A stretch of 64,000 nucleotides of DNA from Sphyrna mokarran (Eukaryota), in contig JAGIQG010000007.1 in assembly GCA_024679065.1 (NCBI GenBank), positions 123,876,001 to 123,940,000 of the forward strand. The letters run 5' to 3'. The notes below the pieces were generated by a model. It searched no databases. It was not told where the DNA came from and was given only the letters and a program-made list of their open reading frames with translations. Positions 37,320-49,594 of the stretch are shown here, piece after piece. The translations under genes were made by a program, and so were the position numbers. Every line of letters begins with the position of its first letter. Positions within the stretch are counted from its first letter, which is position 1.

Positions 37320-37680
37320 ACCTCTTAAAGGGGAGATATTTTTTGGCAGTGGACAAAAAAGAATCATTTTGAAGAAACAATTTGCTACAAGAAATGGGGT
37401 TACTATTTTAAAATGAAGAGGTGCCATCTTAGGACAGGGGTGAGGAGTATTTTTCACTGAGGGTTTTGTGACTTTAGAACTCTGCTTTAGAAGGAAATGG
37501 AAGCGGTGTTATTGAATATTTTTAAAGCAGAGATAGATAGATTCTTCTTGGGCAAGGCAATCAAAGGGTTTCAAAGGTAAATGGGGAATATGGAACTTAA
37601 CACTAACAGATCAGCCATGATCTTATTGAATGTGGGATCAAGCTCAGGGAGATGAATGCTTACATCTGCTCCCATTTTGT
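37320..37680 (+). mobile_element. CR1 LINE 3' end
   Basis: gaggagtattttttcactgagggtt...ttgaatatttttaaagcagagatagatagattc...cagatcagccatgatcttattgaatg. Confidence 0.8.
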
Positions 37681-38168
37681 ATATTTGTACTTGTAGATTG
37701 TGAACCCCCCTCCAGTACTGGGGGCCTTGGTCCAGGCATTCCACCTCAGGACCAGAAAACCCTGGAAGCAATGCTTACAATGCAAGTTACAGAAAAGGAG
37801 TTTAATTCCCAAAACATCTAGAAAAAAGTTCAGTGAGCTCACATGTGTTTGCAAGGTAAGAATAGAATTTTCTTACTCACTTTGGCAGGGAGATTAAAGA
37901 AGCAGAATATAATTTAAATGGAAATAATTGCAGAACATTGTGCTACAGAGGAGTTTTTGTACGTGATGTGCCCTTTTCATAACTTAAAATTTGGATTTTT
38001 TATGTGGAAGCTTCTAGAACAGTCTGAAATCTATTTTTTTAAAAGGACAGTCGCAAAGTGCCTCTGATTGATAGTTATCAAGAGTCAGTCCACCTTTATA
38101 ACTTCAGCACAGATGACTTGCAGCTTCCAGAAAGTTCCATATTGAAACACTCTGAGCAGGGTCCTCAC

Positions 38169-38513
38169 CTTGGAATGAACATACCATGATGAACAGTATC
38201 TGCCAAATTTATGCTTGCCTCTGGTTGGCATTCTAACAATGAGGATTGAGTAAAAGCTAATTCATCCTGAGAAAGTGTGAAGAACCCGTCCATTGTCTCC
38301 ATTGTAGAGCAGTAGTTTTCCACTGAGCTATTCTTGATGTACAATGCTAACATTGATCTTGAGATCGAAACTAGCTGCAAATAATTAGTCTTTATCTGAA
38401 GACCCAGAGAAATCTGGAGAGTCCAGCTGCACAGCAACACCGAAGTCTATTTGTACTTGGAGGCTGTTACACTTTCAAAAGGCTCTTGGACCGATTCCTA
38501 CATCCAAGCCCAC
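38169..38513 (-). other. Candidate exon with internal ATG (possible alternative first coding exon)
   Basis: Minus acceptor aatttctttacag|, strong donor aag|gtgagg; Kozak-like acaATGg opens METMDGFFTLSQDELAFTQSSLLECQPEASINLADTVHHGMFIP to the donor; no recognised homology. Confidence 0.25.
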
Positions 38514-38797
38514 CTGTAAAGAAATTTGCCATTCTGGTATGAAAATCACAAGTGTCCAGCTTTATGACCTGCTGAACATTCATTTCTTGCAATAATCTTG
38601 ATATCTGATTCAAGCTAAATGAAATATCTAACTTAGGGGAGTGGAAGCGATTCCTTTTTTCACTGGGCCACAATGACTTTTAAGACAGAGATTTAAAGTA
38701 TAAACTTTTATTTTGGTTTACAACTGGTGAAAGTAAATTATTGTCTGCAACTTTATGTTTCTTATGTACTTTAGCATGAGTGACATAGCTTTAAGAA

Positions 38798-38956
38798 NNN
38801 NNNNNNNNNNNNNNNNNNNNNNNNNNNNNNNNNNNNNNNNNNNNNNNNNNNNNNNNNNNNNNNNNNNNNNNNNNNNNNNNNNNNNNNNNNNNNNNNNNNN
38901 NNNNNNNNNNNNNNNNNNNNNNNNNNNNNNNNNNNNNNNNNNNNNNNNNNNNNNNN
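38798..38956. other. Assembly gap (159 N)
   Basis: Run of N. Confidence 1.
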
Positions 38957-39531
38957 AATGTAGGCCTTTATTACAAGGGAGAAGGAATATAAAAGTAGGG
39001 AACTCTTGCTGCAGCTATATGAGGCAGTACATTACATAATTAGAGGCAAACTTGCATCGCAAGCAGTTCACCAAGGTTTACTAGGCTGATTTCTGGGGCA
39101 AGGAGACTCTCTCATGAAGGAAGGTTGAGCAGATTTGACCTAACATCAACGAGATGGGAAGAATGGGTAGTGATCTTATTGAAACATTCAAAATTCTGAG
39201 GTGGGTTTGGAATATTGAGATGAGGTTTCCCATCGTGAGGGGAGCTAAAATTAGAGGGCACAATTTCAAAACAGTAAGTCACCCATTTATGAGGACGATG
39301 AGGAGGAATTACTTCTTTCAGAGGGTCATTGGTGTTTGGAACTCTTCCGACCAGTGAACAGTGGAGGCAGCATTATTGAATATATGTGAGGCTGAGTTAG
39401 GTAGATTTTTGATTGACAAAAGAATCAAGGGTCATTGAGGACTGGCAGGGAAGTGAAAAGTTCAGGCGATACTCAAATCAGCATGATCTAATATACTGGC
39501 AATACATGCTAAAGGGGCTGAATGGCCTACT
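38957..39531 (+). mobile_element. CR1 LINE 3' end
   Basis: RMGSDLIETFKILR...FPIVRGAKIRGHNFK...RRNYFFQRVIGVWNS; 3' UTR ggggctgaatggcctact. Confidence 0.85.
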
Positions 39532-39853
39532 CATAGAAAGTCTACAGTGCAGAAAGGGGTCATTTGGCCCATTGAGTCTGTACCAACCACAATCCCACCT
39601 AGGTCCCACTCCCATAAACCTACACATTTACCCACTAATCCCTCTAACCTACACATCACAGGATGCAATTTTAGTATGGCCAATCAACCTAACCTGTATA
39701 TCTTTGGATTGTGGGAGGAAACCGGAGCACCCGGAGGAAACCCATACAGACATAAGGAGAATGTGCAAATTCCACATAGACAGTGACTGAAGCGGGGAAT
39801 CGAACTGAGGTCCCTGGAGCTGTGAAACAGCAGTGCTAACCACTGTGCCGCCC
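39532..39853 (-). mobile_element. HE1 V-SINE (type A)
   Basis: catagaaagtctacagtgcagaa...ctttggattgtgggaggaaaccggagcacccggaggaaaccc...cagcagtgctaaccactgtgcc. Confidence 0.92.
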
Positions 39854-41444
39854 TTAACCTTCTTCTCTCACAGACATCCAGTAGTGAAATTATTTACTGA
39901 TGGGAGGGAATAGGTTCCAGAGTGTAATCATACACCAGTAAGCCTACATGCCAAATATCTGGTGGCCAGTGTTCCTCTTTGCTGCTATTTCTTATGTTAT
40001 TAAATGATATTAGTCCAACGATTGGCAGAGACACCCAACATGATAGAACATCTGATGATACTTTGACAGCTTCCTTGGCATGTCACACATAGCGATCATA
40101 ACTTGCTAAATCATTCCTTTGTCTATAGCTTGATGTGATTTGTCCAATGGTCAAGTGCAGTTTGTAGTACACGGTGGTGGTTTGCTGGTCACTTCCTTTC
40201 AGCTCTCACAACCAGCTAGCGGTACAACTATGGTGCAAAAGAGAATTGAGCATGGAAACCTTTCCCTGCTGATAGATAGCTTCTCCATTTAGCAAGCCCT
40301 GGGTAGTGCCTCCCCATGGAAAGACATTAACTGCAATTCAAAGCTCAACTTTAGGGGACTCAGAGGCAACCTGGTCACAAGATACTTGGCATGCAGGTTC
40401 ACCGGTGTATGGTTATGCTCTGGTACCTATACACTCCCATGAGTAAATAACTTCACTGCCAGGGCCTGGGAGAGAAGAAAGTTAAAGGAATGAACTCCAA
40501 CTGACAATCCAGAATGAAGTTCGACATGCAATTATCTATCATTAATCCGGACAATTCTTGTAGTCAAGCTGGCATCAAATAGGAACTGTTTCATCCTTTC
40601 CTTTGGACAATAGTAGCAATGCTGAGGGGGAGGTCCTGTTGCTTGGGAACCTCATGTCTCCATATTTATTGCCCAGTTCTGTTATCTGGAGAGGACATTC
40701 CAGATCTGTGTTTAATTTGGCACAATAAAGCAAAGGTTACTCATTATAAGTTTCCACTTGATTGGCTTTGAACCTAAGTAGCAGTATTTACTTCCAAATG
40801 TGGGAGAGTTAATCATATCTCTTTGGATAACTCCCTCAAACCGCCTCCAGTCAGGTTGCTGATGTCCCTGCTGATGGCAATGGGTGCTTGGAGCTTAAAG
40901 AGTCTCCTTTTGACTGGCTGCTTGGTAATTTATGCGCAAGGCAAGACGAGCTCTACAAAAAAGACATCGATCTTTCACATCGCAAAGTGGAATGTAAGGA
41001 CCTTGAGTGCTAGCCTGATCAATGATTGTCTGTAGCTTGATGATGCACACAGGACAGCTTTGATTGAAAATAGTTTACAAACTCCACATGGACATTGCTG
41101 TGCTGCAAGAAACCAGCCTCACTGAAAATGGATCCCTTAAAGAGAAAAGGAATAAATACAGGGTGGTTTTCTCGACCAACACATTGAGGAATGAACAAAA
41201 GAACAAGCCATCCTTGACTGGGTATTGTGTAACGAGAAAGGAATAATTGGCATTTTAGTTGCGCGAGACTCCTTGGAAATGAACGAACATAATGTGATTG
41301 AATTCTTTTCAAGATGGAGAGTGATGTACTTGATTCTGAAAATAGGGCTCTGAATCTCAAAGGAAACCACGATAGTATGAGGCACAAGTTGTCTATGATG
41401 CTGTCTATGATTCCCACTTCTATCACCCTTTCAATTCCAGATTA

Positions 41445-41740
41445 AAATTTATTGAATTAGTGTCACAAGTAGGCCTATGTTAACACTGCAGTGAAGTTAC
41501 TCTGAAAATCCTCGAGTTGCAACACTGTGGGGCCTGTTCAGGTACACTGAGGAAGAACTTACATGGCCGATGCACCTATCCAGCACAGCTTTCAGGAGGA
41601 AATAGAGCACCCAGAGGAAACCTATGCACACACGGGAAGAATGTGCAGACTCTACACACACAGTCATCGAAGCTAGGAATTGAACCCAGGTCCCTGACAC
41701 TTGGAGGCACAGTGCTAACCATTGTGCCACTGTGCTGCCC
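41445..41740 (-). mobile_element. HE1-like V-SINE, tail type B
   Basis: tagtgtcacaagtaggcctatgttaacactgcagtgaagttac...gaggaaacc...gtgctaaccattgtgccactgtgctgccc. Confidence 0.85.
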
Positions 41741-41809
41741 ACCACCTCTCCCATCCACACCCCCACGCCTCCAACCACCCCTCCTCCAACCACATCGCCA
41801 TCGCCATCA

Positions 41810-42090
41810 CCATCACTCATTCCCACCTGCAGAGTGAAAAAGTTTTTCCTCAAATCCTCTCCAAATCTCCTGCCCTTTATCTTAAATCTATACCCCTTGA
41901 TTATTGCCCCTTTACTAAGGGGAAAAACTTCTTCCTAACTACCATTTCTCTGTCCCTCATAACTTTGCATGCCTCCATTGGGTTCCCCCTCAGCCTTCCA
42001 GCCTATCCAGCCTCTCTTCACAGCTGAAGCTCTCTAGCCCAGTCAGCATCCTGGTAAATCTTCGCTGTATCCTTTCTAGTGCAATCACGT
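41810..42090 (-). mobile_element. CR1 3' fragment preceded by (CCA/CCATCG)-type low-complexity tract
   Basis: Reverse reads LRKNFFTLQV; gcatcctggtaaatcttcgctgtatcc. Confidence 0.65.
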
Positions 42091-42774
42091 GGCTTCAGAG
42101 GTGGCAGTCAACATTCCACATGGGCAGTTACAGGAGAATTCCATGAGTAGTGCAGACCATTCCAGATTGTCTTCATTGACCTCACATTGATCATGTAGTA
42201 GAGACAGAGAGGGTGATTCACCCAAAAAAACAAAATGCCCAATGGGCAGAAAAATGGGAAGATTGTGATTGAGGGAGATTCATGCCAGTAAGTGTAGTCA
42301 GGACTTCACCCACTGGAGAGGCTGGCATCAGCTTGCTGAACAGGCCATTGCAAGGCATCATACTGTCAGTGGAGATGTCAAAAAAAAATGCGACTCTCCC
42401 AGGCTCTATCAGCTGGATGCCATCACAAGTCCCACTATGAGCCCCTTGCTGACGTCTCCTGGCCTGCTGTGCAGCAGGCCAGAAGAATTATCTCCCACAC
42501 TTGCCTGTGTCTCCAAACAGCTGTGGAAGATAGACTGCCTGACTGTCATTTCCCCCATCCACAAGAACATGCACAGTTCCATCAGTTCGAATGAAGCAGC
42601 ATAAGAGGTGTTCAAGATCATCAGTGGGGACTGCATCCTGCTACCAGCTCTCTTTGGCATATTTCCCTCCGTTCTGCTATTGCACACTTCTGGTGACTCA
42701 AGTGAGACTCAGTCTGACCAATAAAGGAACTCTGCTTCTACATTGTATATACCCTGGGACGCACTGATGTCTCA

Positions 42775-43035
42775 CGCTACATGGAACTGGGTTTGATTCC
42801 TAGCTTGGGTTACTGCCTGTGTGATGTTTGCACAATCCCCTCCGTGTCTCTGTCGGTTTTCTCTGGATGTTCCAGTTTCCTCCCAAAGATGTGAAGGCTT
42901 GGTGGATTGCTCCTCAGTGTTGGGCAACTAACTCGGGTAACGGGGTTCTGGGGATAGGGCCTCAGTGGGATTACGTTTGGTGCAGACTTTAAGAGCTACA
43001 TAGCCTCCTTCTGCACTGTAGGATTCTATGATTCA
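42775..43035 (+). mobile_element. HE1 V-SINE (type A), degenerate head
   Basis: gggtttgattcctagcttgggttactg...ttcctcccaaagatgtg...gcctccttctgcactgtaggattctatgattc. Confidence 0.8.
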
Positions 43036-43084
43036 ATGGAAATTTTGTTGGAACTGTATTTTGTCTTCATTTCTTCTGTATTCT

Positions 43085-43418
43085 GAGGATAAGATGAATA
43101 GCCAAGGTCTTTTCCCCAAAGTACAGAAGTCCAAAAGTAGAGGGCATAGGTTTAATAAGGAATGATTTAAAAGGGGCCTGAGGGGCAAATTTTTCACGCA
43201 GAGGGTGTTGGGCACGTGGAATAGGGTGACCAGAGGAGGTGGTAGAGGCAGGCACAATTGCAACATTTGAAAGGCATTTGCACAGGTACATGGATGGGAA
43301 AGGTTAGGAAGAATATGGGTCAAACATAACCACATAGGACTAGTTCAGTTTAGGAAACCCAATTGGCGTGGGCAATTGAGCTGAGTCTGTTTCCATGCTG
43401 TATATTACTATGACTCTG
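43085..43418 (+). mobile_element. CR1 LINE 3' end
   Basis: agagggcataggtttaa (RGHRF), ttttcacgcagagggtg (FTQRV), tail tctgtttccatgctgtat...ctatgactct. Confidence 0.85.
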
Positions 43419-43730
43419 AGGGCTACACAGTGGCACAGTGGTTAGCACTACTGCCTCACAGCATCAAGGACTCAGGTTCAATTCTCAGCTTAGGTCATTG
43501 CCTGCAGAGTTTGTACATTCTTTCTGTGTCAGCGTGGGGTTTCCTCTGGGTGCCCCAGTTTCCTCCCACAATCCAAAAGAGATGCTGACTTGGCGCATTG
43601 GTCAGGCTAAATTCTCCCTCGGTGTACCCAAACAGATGCCGGAGTGTGGTGACTGTGGGATTTTCACATTTAATTTCATTGCAGTGTTAATATAAGTCTA
43701 GTTATGACATTCAAAATAAACTTTAAACTT
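43419..43730 (+). mobile_element. HE1-like V-SINE, tail type B
   Basis: gtggcacagtggttagcactactgcctcacagc...ggggattttcac...ttcattgcagtgttaatataagtc...aataaactttaaactt. Confidence 0.85.
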
Positions 43731-45496
43731 GAATAGCTTCTATATTATTCTATGGAACACAAAGGCACTAATAATGGTAAAAATAGCAATATATTAATGT
43801 TCTTGGAAGTGATGACACAAGTCTGGGAATGGGAGATTTAAGAATAAATTTTGCTCTTTATTTTTTTCCCTTGGTATCTATCAGTGCTGCGTGCTGTGGA
43901 AGATTGTTGCAGACACCATGAACATTGTGTTCCTTTCCCCTTCATCAGAGACAAGTGAATGGGCAGCAGCCATTAGGCAGATGGAGGTTTGGCTCCCTGC
44001 CACTGTTCCTGTTTCTGTCTAGTCAAAAATCTGCAGAAAATCCAACTCCTTGTTGCCTTAGTGTAGGCACACTAAAATCCATTTATTATTAATTCATCCA
44101 AGATCATTTAAAGCCATCAGTTTACCTGATGCTCAGCAAGTTGTGATCAGCAAGTTTTATGATTGGTAAAAGTACCTTGTTCCATATTATTTATGTACCA
44201 TGTAAAAAGTGTGGATCCCACAGCTGAATCTTGCAGAATTTCAACAGTTACCATTCCTCAACCACTATCTTCTTGTATTTATCAGCACTTTTAGATTTCC
44301 ACTGCTAAACCAGTTTTCAACTCATAAAGTTAATTAAATTTGCAGGGAAATTTCAAAGCTGAGCAGGAAGAGATACAACTGGAATTTTATATGGATCCAG
44401 TGGCATCACTCCGACCCCCAGCTTAAGCTAATCAAATAGCTGGCAGTTTCTCGTCCCAGCAACACCATGGGGAATGGTGGTCACCGCTGCAAGTTGTCCC
44501 CAATACCAGGGAGCCAAGTAAATCTTTCCATTCTGTGGGGCAGACTGGTCCTGGCAAGAATGATGGCTTCTGATGGCTTCAGTAGGTTGAACAAGCATTG
44601 GGAGAATCTTACCAAGTTGAGAGGTGCTTACTATTGGGCACTGGGAGTCTGAAAAGAAGGCCTCCCTCCCTCATGTCTCCCTCCACAATCTATCCTCATC
44701 TTCCATCACTACTCTGGAAGCCCACAGCAAAGCTGTCCAGCATATACCTGGTGGCCTTATGATATTGACATCTCCCATCGCTGACAAAATCCTAGGAGCG
44801 GTGGATGGATTTATTGGTCTCTCAGGCCATCTACCGAACACCTCTTGCACAGAGGGCAAAATACAAATTGAAGCAGGTAAGCAGTTAACTTCACGGTCCA
44901 TCCACCTGTCAGTCCACAGATTCTTTAGGCAAAAATTCCCATCAGGATCTGGGAGGTTTTGCATTTGCCATGTAGCCCATATTAGACAACATTTCATTCA
45001 GCTGCAGACTGTCAAGATTTAAGGGAAGGTGGGTAAATTTAGATAATGAAGCATTCTACCTTGGACCATATCTTGAGCAAGAGCCAAGTTTCCACACTAC
45101 ATACTTAATGTAAACTGAATCATTTTTTGGAGTGTGAAGATGATTTATTTAAGTGCACAGTTCCTTTAATTGTCTTGCACAGCCACACACAGATGGTAAT
45201 TTAAACAGACCAACTTCTGGGTGGTCTGCAGATGGACTTTTGGGTCGCATGATTGTGAAACTTACAGGAAATATGCTGGCTCATATTTCATGGTCAACAG
45301 TGAAGTGACACTGCTCTTTTCTGAGGTCAAAGAGCACTGACCACAAAGATCCAGCCATCTCTGTAGCATGGTCTTGTCCCTTTCCAGCATCAGTTTGAAT
45401 CTAATAACAAGTCGAGTGGATTTCAAGCAATAGCAATGCTACAAATAATCAAATCATTGAAATGGTCTGATAGGTGACAAACTATGAAATTTGACA

Positions 45497-45830
45497 GAGA
45501 GGTGATGGCCTAGTGATATTGTCGCTGGAATATTAATCCAAAAATGCAGTTGATGTTCTGGAAGTTCAGGTTCGAATCCCACCATGGCAGGTGGTGGAAT
45601 TTGAATTCATTAAAAAAGTCTGGAATTAAGAATCTATTGATGATCATGAAACCATTGTCAGAAAAGCCCTTCTGGTTTACTAATGTCCTTTAGGACGGAA
45701 ACCTGCTGTCCTTACCTGGTTTGGCCAGCATGTGACTCCAAATCCACAGCGATGTGGTTGACCGTCTACTGTACCTCCAAGGGCAACGAGGGATGGAAAG
45801 TAAATGCTGGTCAGCTTGTAAATACCCATT
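45497..45830 (+). mobile_element. Family B tRNA-SINE
   Basis: tggcctagtg (A-box-like), ggttcgaatccc (canonical B box), ggtggaatttgaattc, ctgctgtccttacctgg, taaatgctggtcagc. Confidence 0.85.
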
Positions 45831-45879
45831 TTCCATAAATGTACAAAAAGAATCATGTACAAACTCAGAAAATGCAACA

Positions 45880-47012
45880 TCCACCCTTTCCCTTCTTCCT
45901 TTGCACTGTCAAAGGTCCCAAACACTTCCAGGTTAAACAGCAATTTACATGAAGTTATCTCAACTGAGTATACTCAATGAGTATACTGAATGAAACTCTT
46001 TATGAAACATGCCCATTTTGTCTGCAAGCTTCCTGTCGAATGTCATTTTAATTCTCCACCTCACTCCCTCTTTGATCTTTCTGTCCTTGGTCTCCGACAC
46101 TGCTCCAATGAAGCTCATCATAACTTCAAGTAATGGCACCTCACATTTCAATGAAGCCCTTCACAACTTTCTGGGCTCAATATTAAGTTCAATAAATACA
46201 GATGATAAGCTCTATCCTTTTTTAGGGGGTGTTCGTTCTTGCTTTTGGTTGGCAGGAGCTGGTGATGATTTTGCTTTTCCCACTTACACTTGCTCTACAC
46301 TCATCCTTTTACTTATCAGAACTCTCACCCTGTTGGACTTTAATCTGATGTTGTGAGACTTCTTATTGTGTTTCCGGCCTTCAACAGACCTTTCCTATTA
46401 TTCTTACTCCAACCTATGCCTGTTTCTGGATTTGCTTAAAACCGATGCCATCCCCAACCTTTTGCAGTTGTGACAAAGGATCATTGACCTAAGATGTGTG
46501 GCGGGATTTTCTGGTCCTTTCTGCTGGTGGGATCTCCCAGTCACTCTGAAATTGACCCCTGCTGCTGGTTCCTGGGGCATGGACAGGTCAGCCATGCAAA
46601 TTACCACCGACTTTGGCAAGTACCTGACGGATCCCACCTAAAACCAATAGTGAGCCACCTCAACCATGGGAGATCTGCTATTGTGGGAGAGTAGACACTG
46701 AAAAATTCTGACCGTTAACCGCATTAAATTCTCCATCCATTTCATAGTGTGTTTTCCGACAGCAGAGCCAATTCAACTTTGGCCACCGACAAAATCTTCC
46801 AGTCTTCCAATCCTGCTGATGTCTACAGACTTTTGGATGGTTCACCTGTCCCACCACTGGGGAATCCACCGCAGGAACTTAGGTCCAGCGAGACTGGAAG
46901 ATTTCCCTAGTAAGAGGGTCAGAAAATCCCACCCTCTGTTTCTGCCTCCGCTGATGCAACCAGATCTGCTGAGGATTTTTAATATTTTCTGTTTTCCAGT
47001 ATCTGCAATATT
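45880..47012 (+). mobile_element. Penelope-like element 3' part (GIY-YIG C-terminus + terminal repeat), split by a MITE
   Basis: GPKH.FQVKQQFT, LPVxCHFNS, LSVLGL, SGLNIKFN; terminal gatctgctgaggattttt...ttttctgttttccagtatctgca. Confidence 0.75.
46499..46933. mobile_element. MITE with (G)GCGGGATTTTC TIRs
   Basis: ggcgggattttctg ... cagaaaatcccacc; internal inverted arms. Confidence 0.7.
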
Positions 47013-48369
47013 TGTAGTGATTATCCATCATTAGTTCACATTCATTCTTTTACAGACAGTAAAATAAATGATCTGGACACACAAATAGAAATAAGGTAAA
47101 ATGAAAATGTCAGAAATAATCTTAAAAAAGTTAAAAACGTGAAATGTTTTTAACACAATGAAGATATTTAATATTCTACAAATGGGACTCATTGGGAACG
47201 AGAGTAGAGAATTTGACATTCCAGCCCAAACTCCATTCGCTTTCAGCAACACAAGAAAATCCCAACATTCAGTAAGGGTGGAGGATTTTTGCAGTAAAAT
47301 TAGTTTTTCAAAGCTGGTGGGAATTTTCAGCAGCAATTATGGATTTTGTGTGCTGTCAAAAGTGAAGTTACATCTCATTCAACAACATGTAACCTTTTCA
47401 AGAGTTTTGTAGCAAAATGAATAAAGCAAGTTCCCATCAGCTCTGATTGAATGCAGTCTGGGGGGACTTCAACTGGACACTTTCCGGGCAAGTATCAAAT
47501 CACTAATTGCAATACTTGGGTTTCAGCATTTAAATGCACATGCTGTTAGAGCAATGGATTCTGAACTTTTTCACAGTGTGATCCCGTTTTAATGTTTCAG
47601 ATTTGCTACTATCCCAGAGTGAAAAGGGAGACAGGATTGTTGAGCAGAGTGGATGGATGGAAGGAGAATTAAGAGAGATTAAGCAGGGGGAGGCTGAGGA
47701 GTAGGGTTGTTGTACAGGATGGGGGAAGGGGGATGGTTTCTGGAGGTTCAGAACAGCAGAAGGACACAAATGAAGTGAGCACCTTCCATATTACAACCTT
47801 AACCAGTGGCAACAGTTGGGCGTCTCAGAATTGAGCTGTTCCCACGGGCAAAAAACTTGTGCAGAACTAAAAGGACCTCACAGCCAATCCCAGAGCAGTC
47901 AACTCTCAGGCTCTGCTCCTCAGCCACCTTCGCTGCCTTGGACTCTCTTGCTTCTCTATGACTCACATTTTGGGAAGCCTTACTTTAGCAAACCGTGACA
48001 GTTTTGCCATTGTGTCTGCTAAACGTGGACCGTTCTGTTAGCAATCCATTTCTTGCCTCTTTCCTGCAGTTTGGAAATGGAGCTGTGTAACATTTCGCAG
48101 TAAAATAGTTCTTTTCAGAAAATAAATAAGATTGCCAATGAAATACACTATTCTATTCATAATTACAAGATTGGAAATAGAATTTAAAAATGTGTATATA
48201 GTTGATATAGATGTGATGAGCTGATTGGTCTTATATACTGTAGGGATTCTATATCCTACAGAAAATAAACACTTAAAAATGCTTACAATGGATTTGGGTA
48301 ATGTTGCAATCTACAATGTGAAACATTGTCTTAACAATGTCCTTGATGTTGAATAATGTTCACAGATTT

Positions 48370-48742
48370 TATCACTGGGATGTGTGTGCTGCTGACAAGC
48401 CGAGCATTTATTGCTCATCCCTAATTACCCTTGAAAAGGTGGCAGTAAACCACTTTCTTGAATGCAACAAAGGAGCTATTTGGATCATTTAAGAGGGCGC
48501 TTAAGATTTAATAATGTTACTATGGGTCAGGATTCACATACAGGCCAGATCTTCGAAAGATGGCAGATGCTTTTTACTAAAGGATGTTAGTCAACCAAAT
48601 GGGTTTTTACTCTAATTTATTGGTCACCAAATATTTTGATGAATTGCATTTGCTGGTTGCCTTCATGCGAGTTGCACCCTTTCCCCAGATTATTAGCTCA
48701 AGCCTCTGGATTATTGGTCCACAGCATAACCACAATGCTACT
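48370..48742 (-). mobile_element. Family B tRNA-SINE, old
   Basis: tgggatgtg...agcatttattgctcatccctaattacccttg...ctggattattggtccacagcataaccac. Confidence 0.7.
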
Positions 48743-48801
48743 CGAAAGAGATGAATGAAGAGAAGGGTCCAGAATTTAGGAGCATTGAAACATGAATGAT
48801 T

Positions 48802-49100
48802 GGGCAGAATCTAAAGGCATTGTCGCAACGGGGGAGGGGCTGGAAAAAGTGAGAGGTTTGTAAAACAGATTGGATGGGAATTTCTAGCTAGTGACGCCAG
48901 TGGAATTTTTCTGGACCCTCCAATGGTGACTGTCCACTGTGGGTGCACCGGCAGCGGAGGGTGGCGCAAATAACGTGAAACCCCACTGATAGCAATAGGA
49001 CAGTACAATCTCACCACTGGCCAAGGAAGGTATGAAACACTCAGCGAAGGCTGCAGATAATCCCACCCTATTGACTTCAGTGGGACTAGAAGGCCCAACC
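48802..49100. mobile_element. MITE(s), probably nested
   Basis: gggcagaatc start; inner ggatgggaattt ... gataatcccaccc; body similar to 1153 and 2284 copies. Confidence 0.5.
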
Positions 49101-49594
49101 ATGGTGTGGCTTCCTTTATTTACCTCTTCCTTTATTTACTAACCAGAAAATTCTCCACTTTACATATAGATTCTGCATAATGTCATGACTCTGAATCACA
49201 GAGATCATTATTGTACAACGTGCAGAGGAATTTTGGGGCTTTTATTGTCAATTCGGGGCCTCAGTCTATGAAAATGCAAATTTTGGAATCAGACAAAAGA
49301 CAACAAGTGGCCTGATTCTCAATTTCCCCAAATCACTCCTCTTGTAACAAAATCAGGAGTGCTGTGGGTTCTCTGAGAAATTTACTCCATGAGACCTGGG
49401 CATAACACAGAGTCCGAGAAACTGTCCAAATTGTTAGACCTCTATAATACTCTTCCTGTAGGGTTCCATTTCTGAAAAACAATCAAACTACATGTCAGTC
49501 AGTAGAATGGACCTTGAAATCAATGCATATCTAATCATGGGATAAAATTGGTTTTTGTTCATAATCCAGGTGAATATTTCAGCGCAGGATTACA

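Larger units (their letters stand above)
40420..42720 (+). mobile_element. RTE-clade (BovB-like) LINE fossil, heavily deleted and interrupted
   Basis: FHIAKWNVRTL (APE N-terminus), DIAVLQETSLTENGSLKEK, WHQL, and RT-like HKNMHSSIS...FKIISG.CILLPALFGIF. Confidence 0.75.

Noticed and set aside
38755-39039. 94-aa ORF
   Set aside because: Artefact of translating through the N gap.
41732-41938. Pro/Thr/Ser-rich mucin-like ORF
   Set aside because: Low-complexity CCA/CCATCG tract between a SINE and a CR1 fragment.
45505-45582. tRNA gene (ggttcgaatccc T-loop)
   Set aside because: It is the head of a SINE with several homologous copies in the window; no complete cloverleaf.
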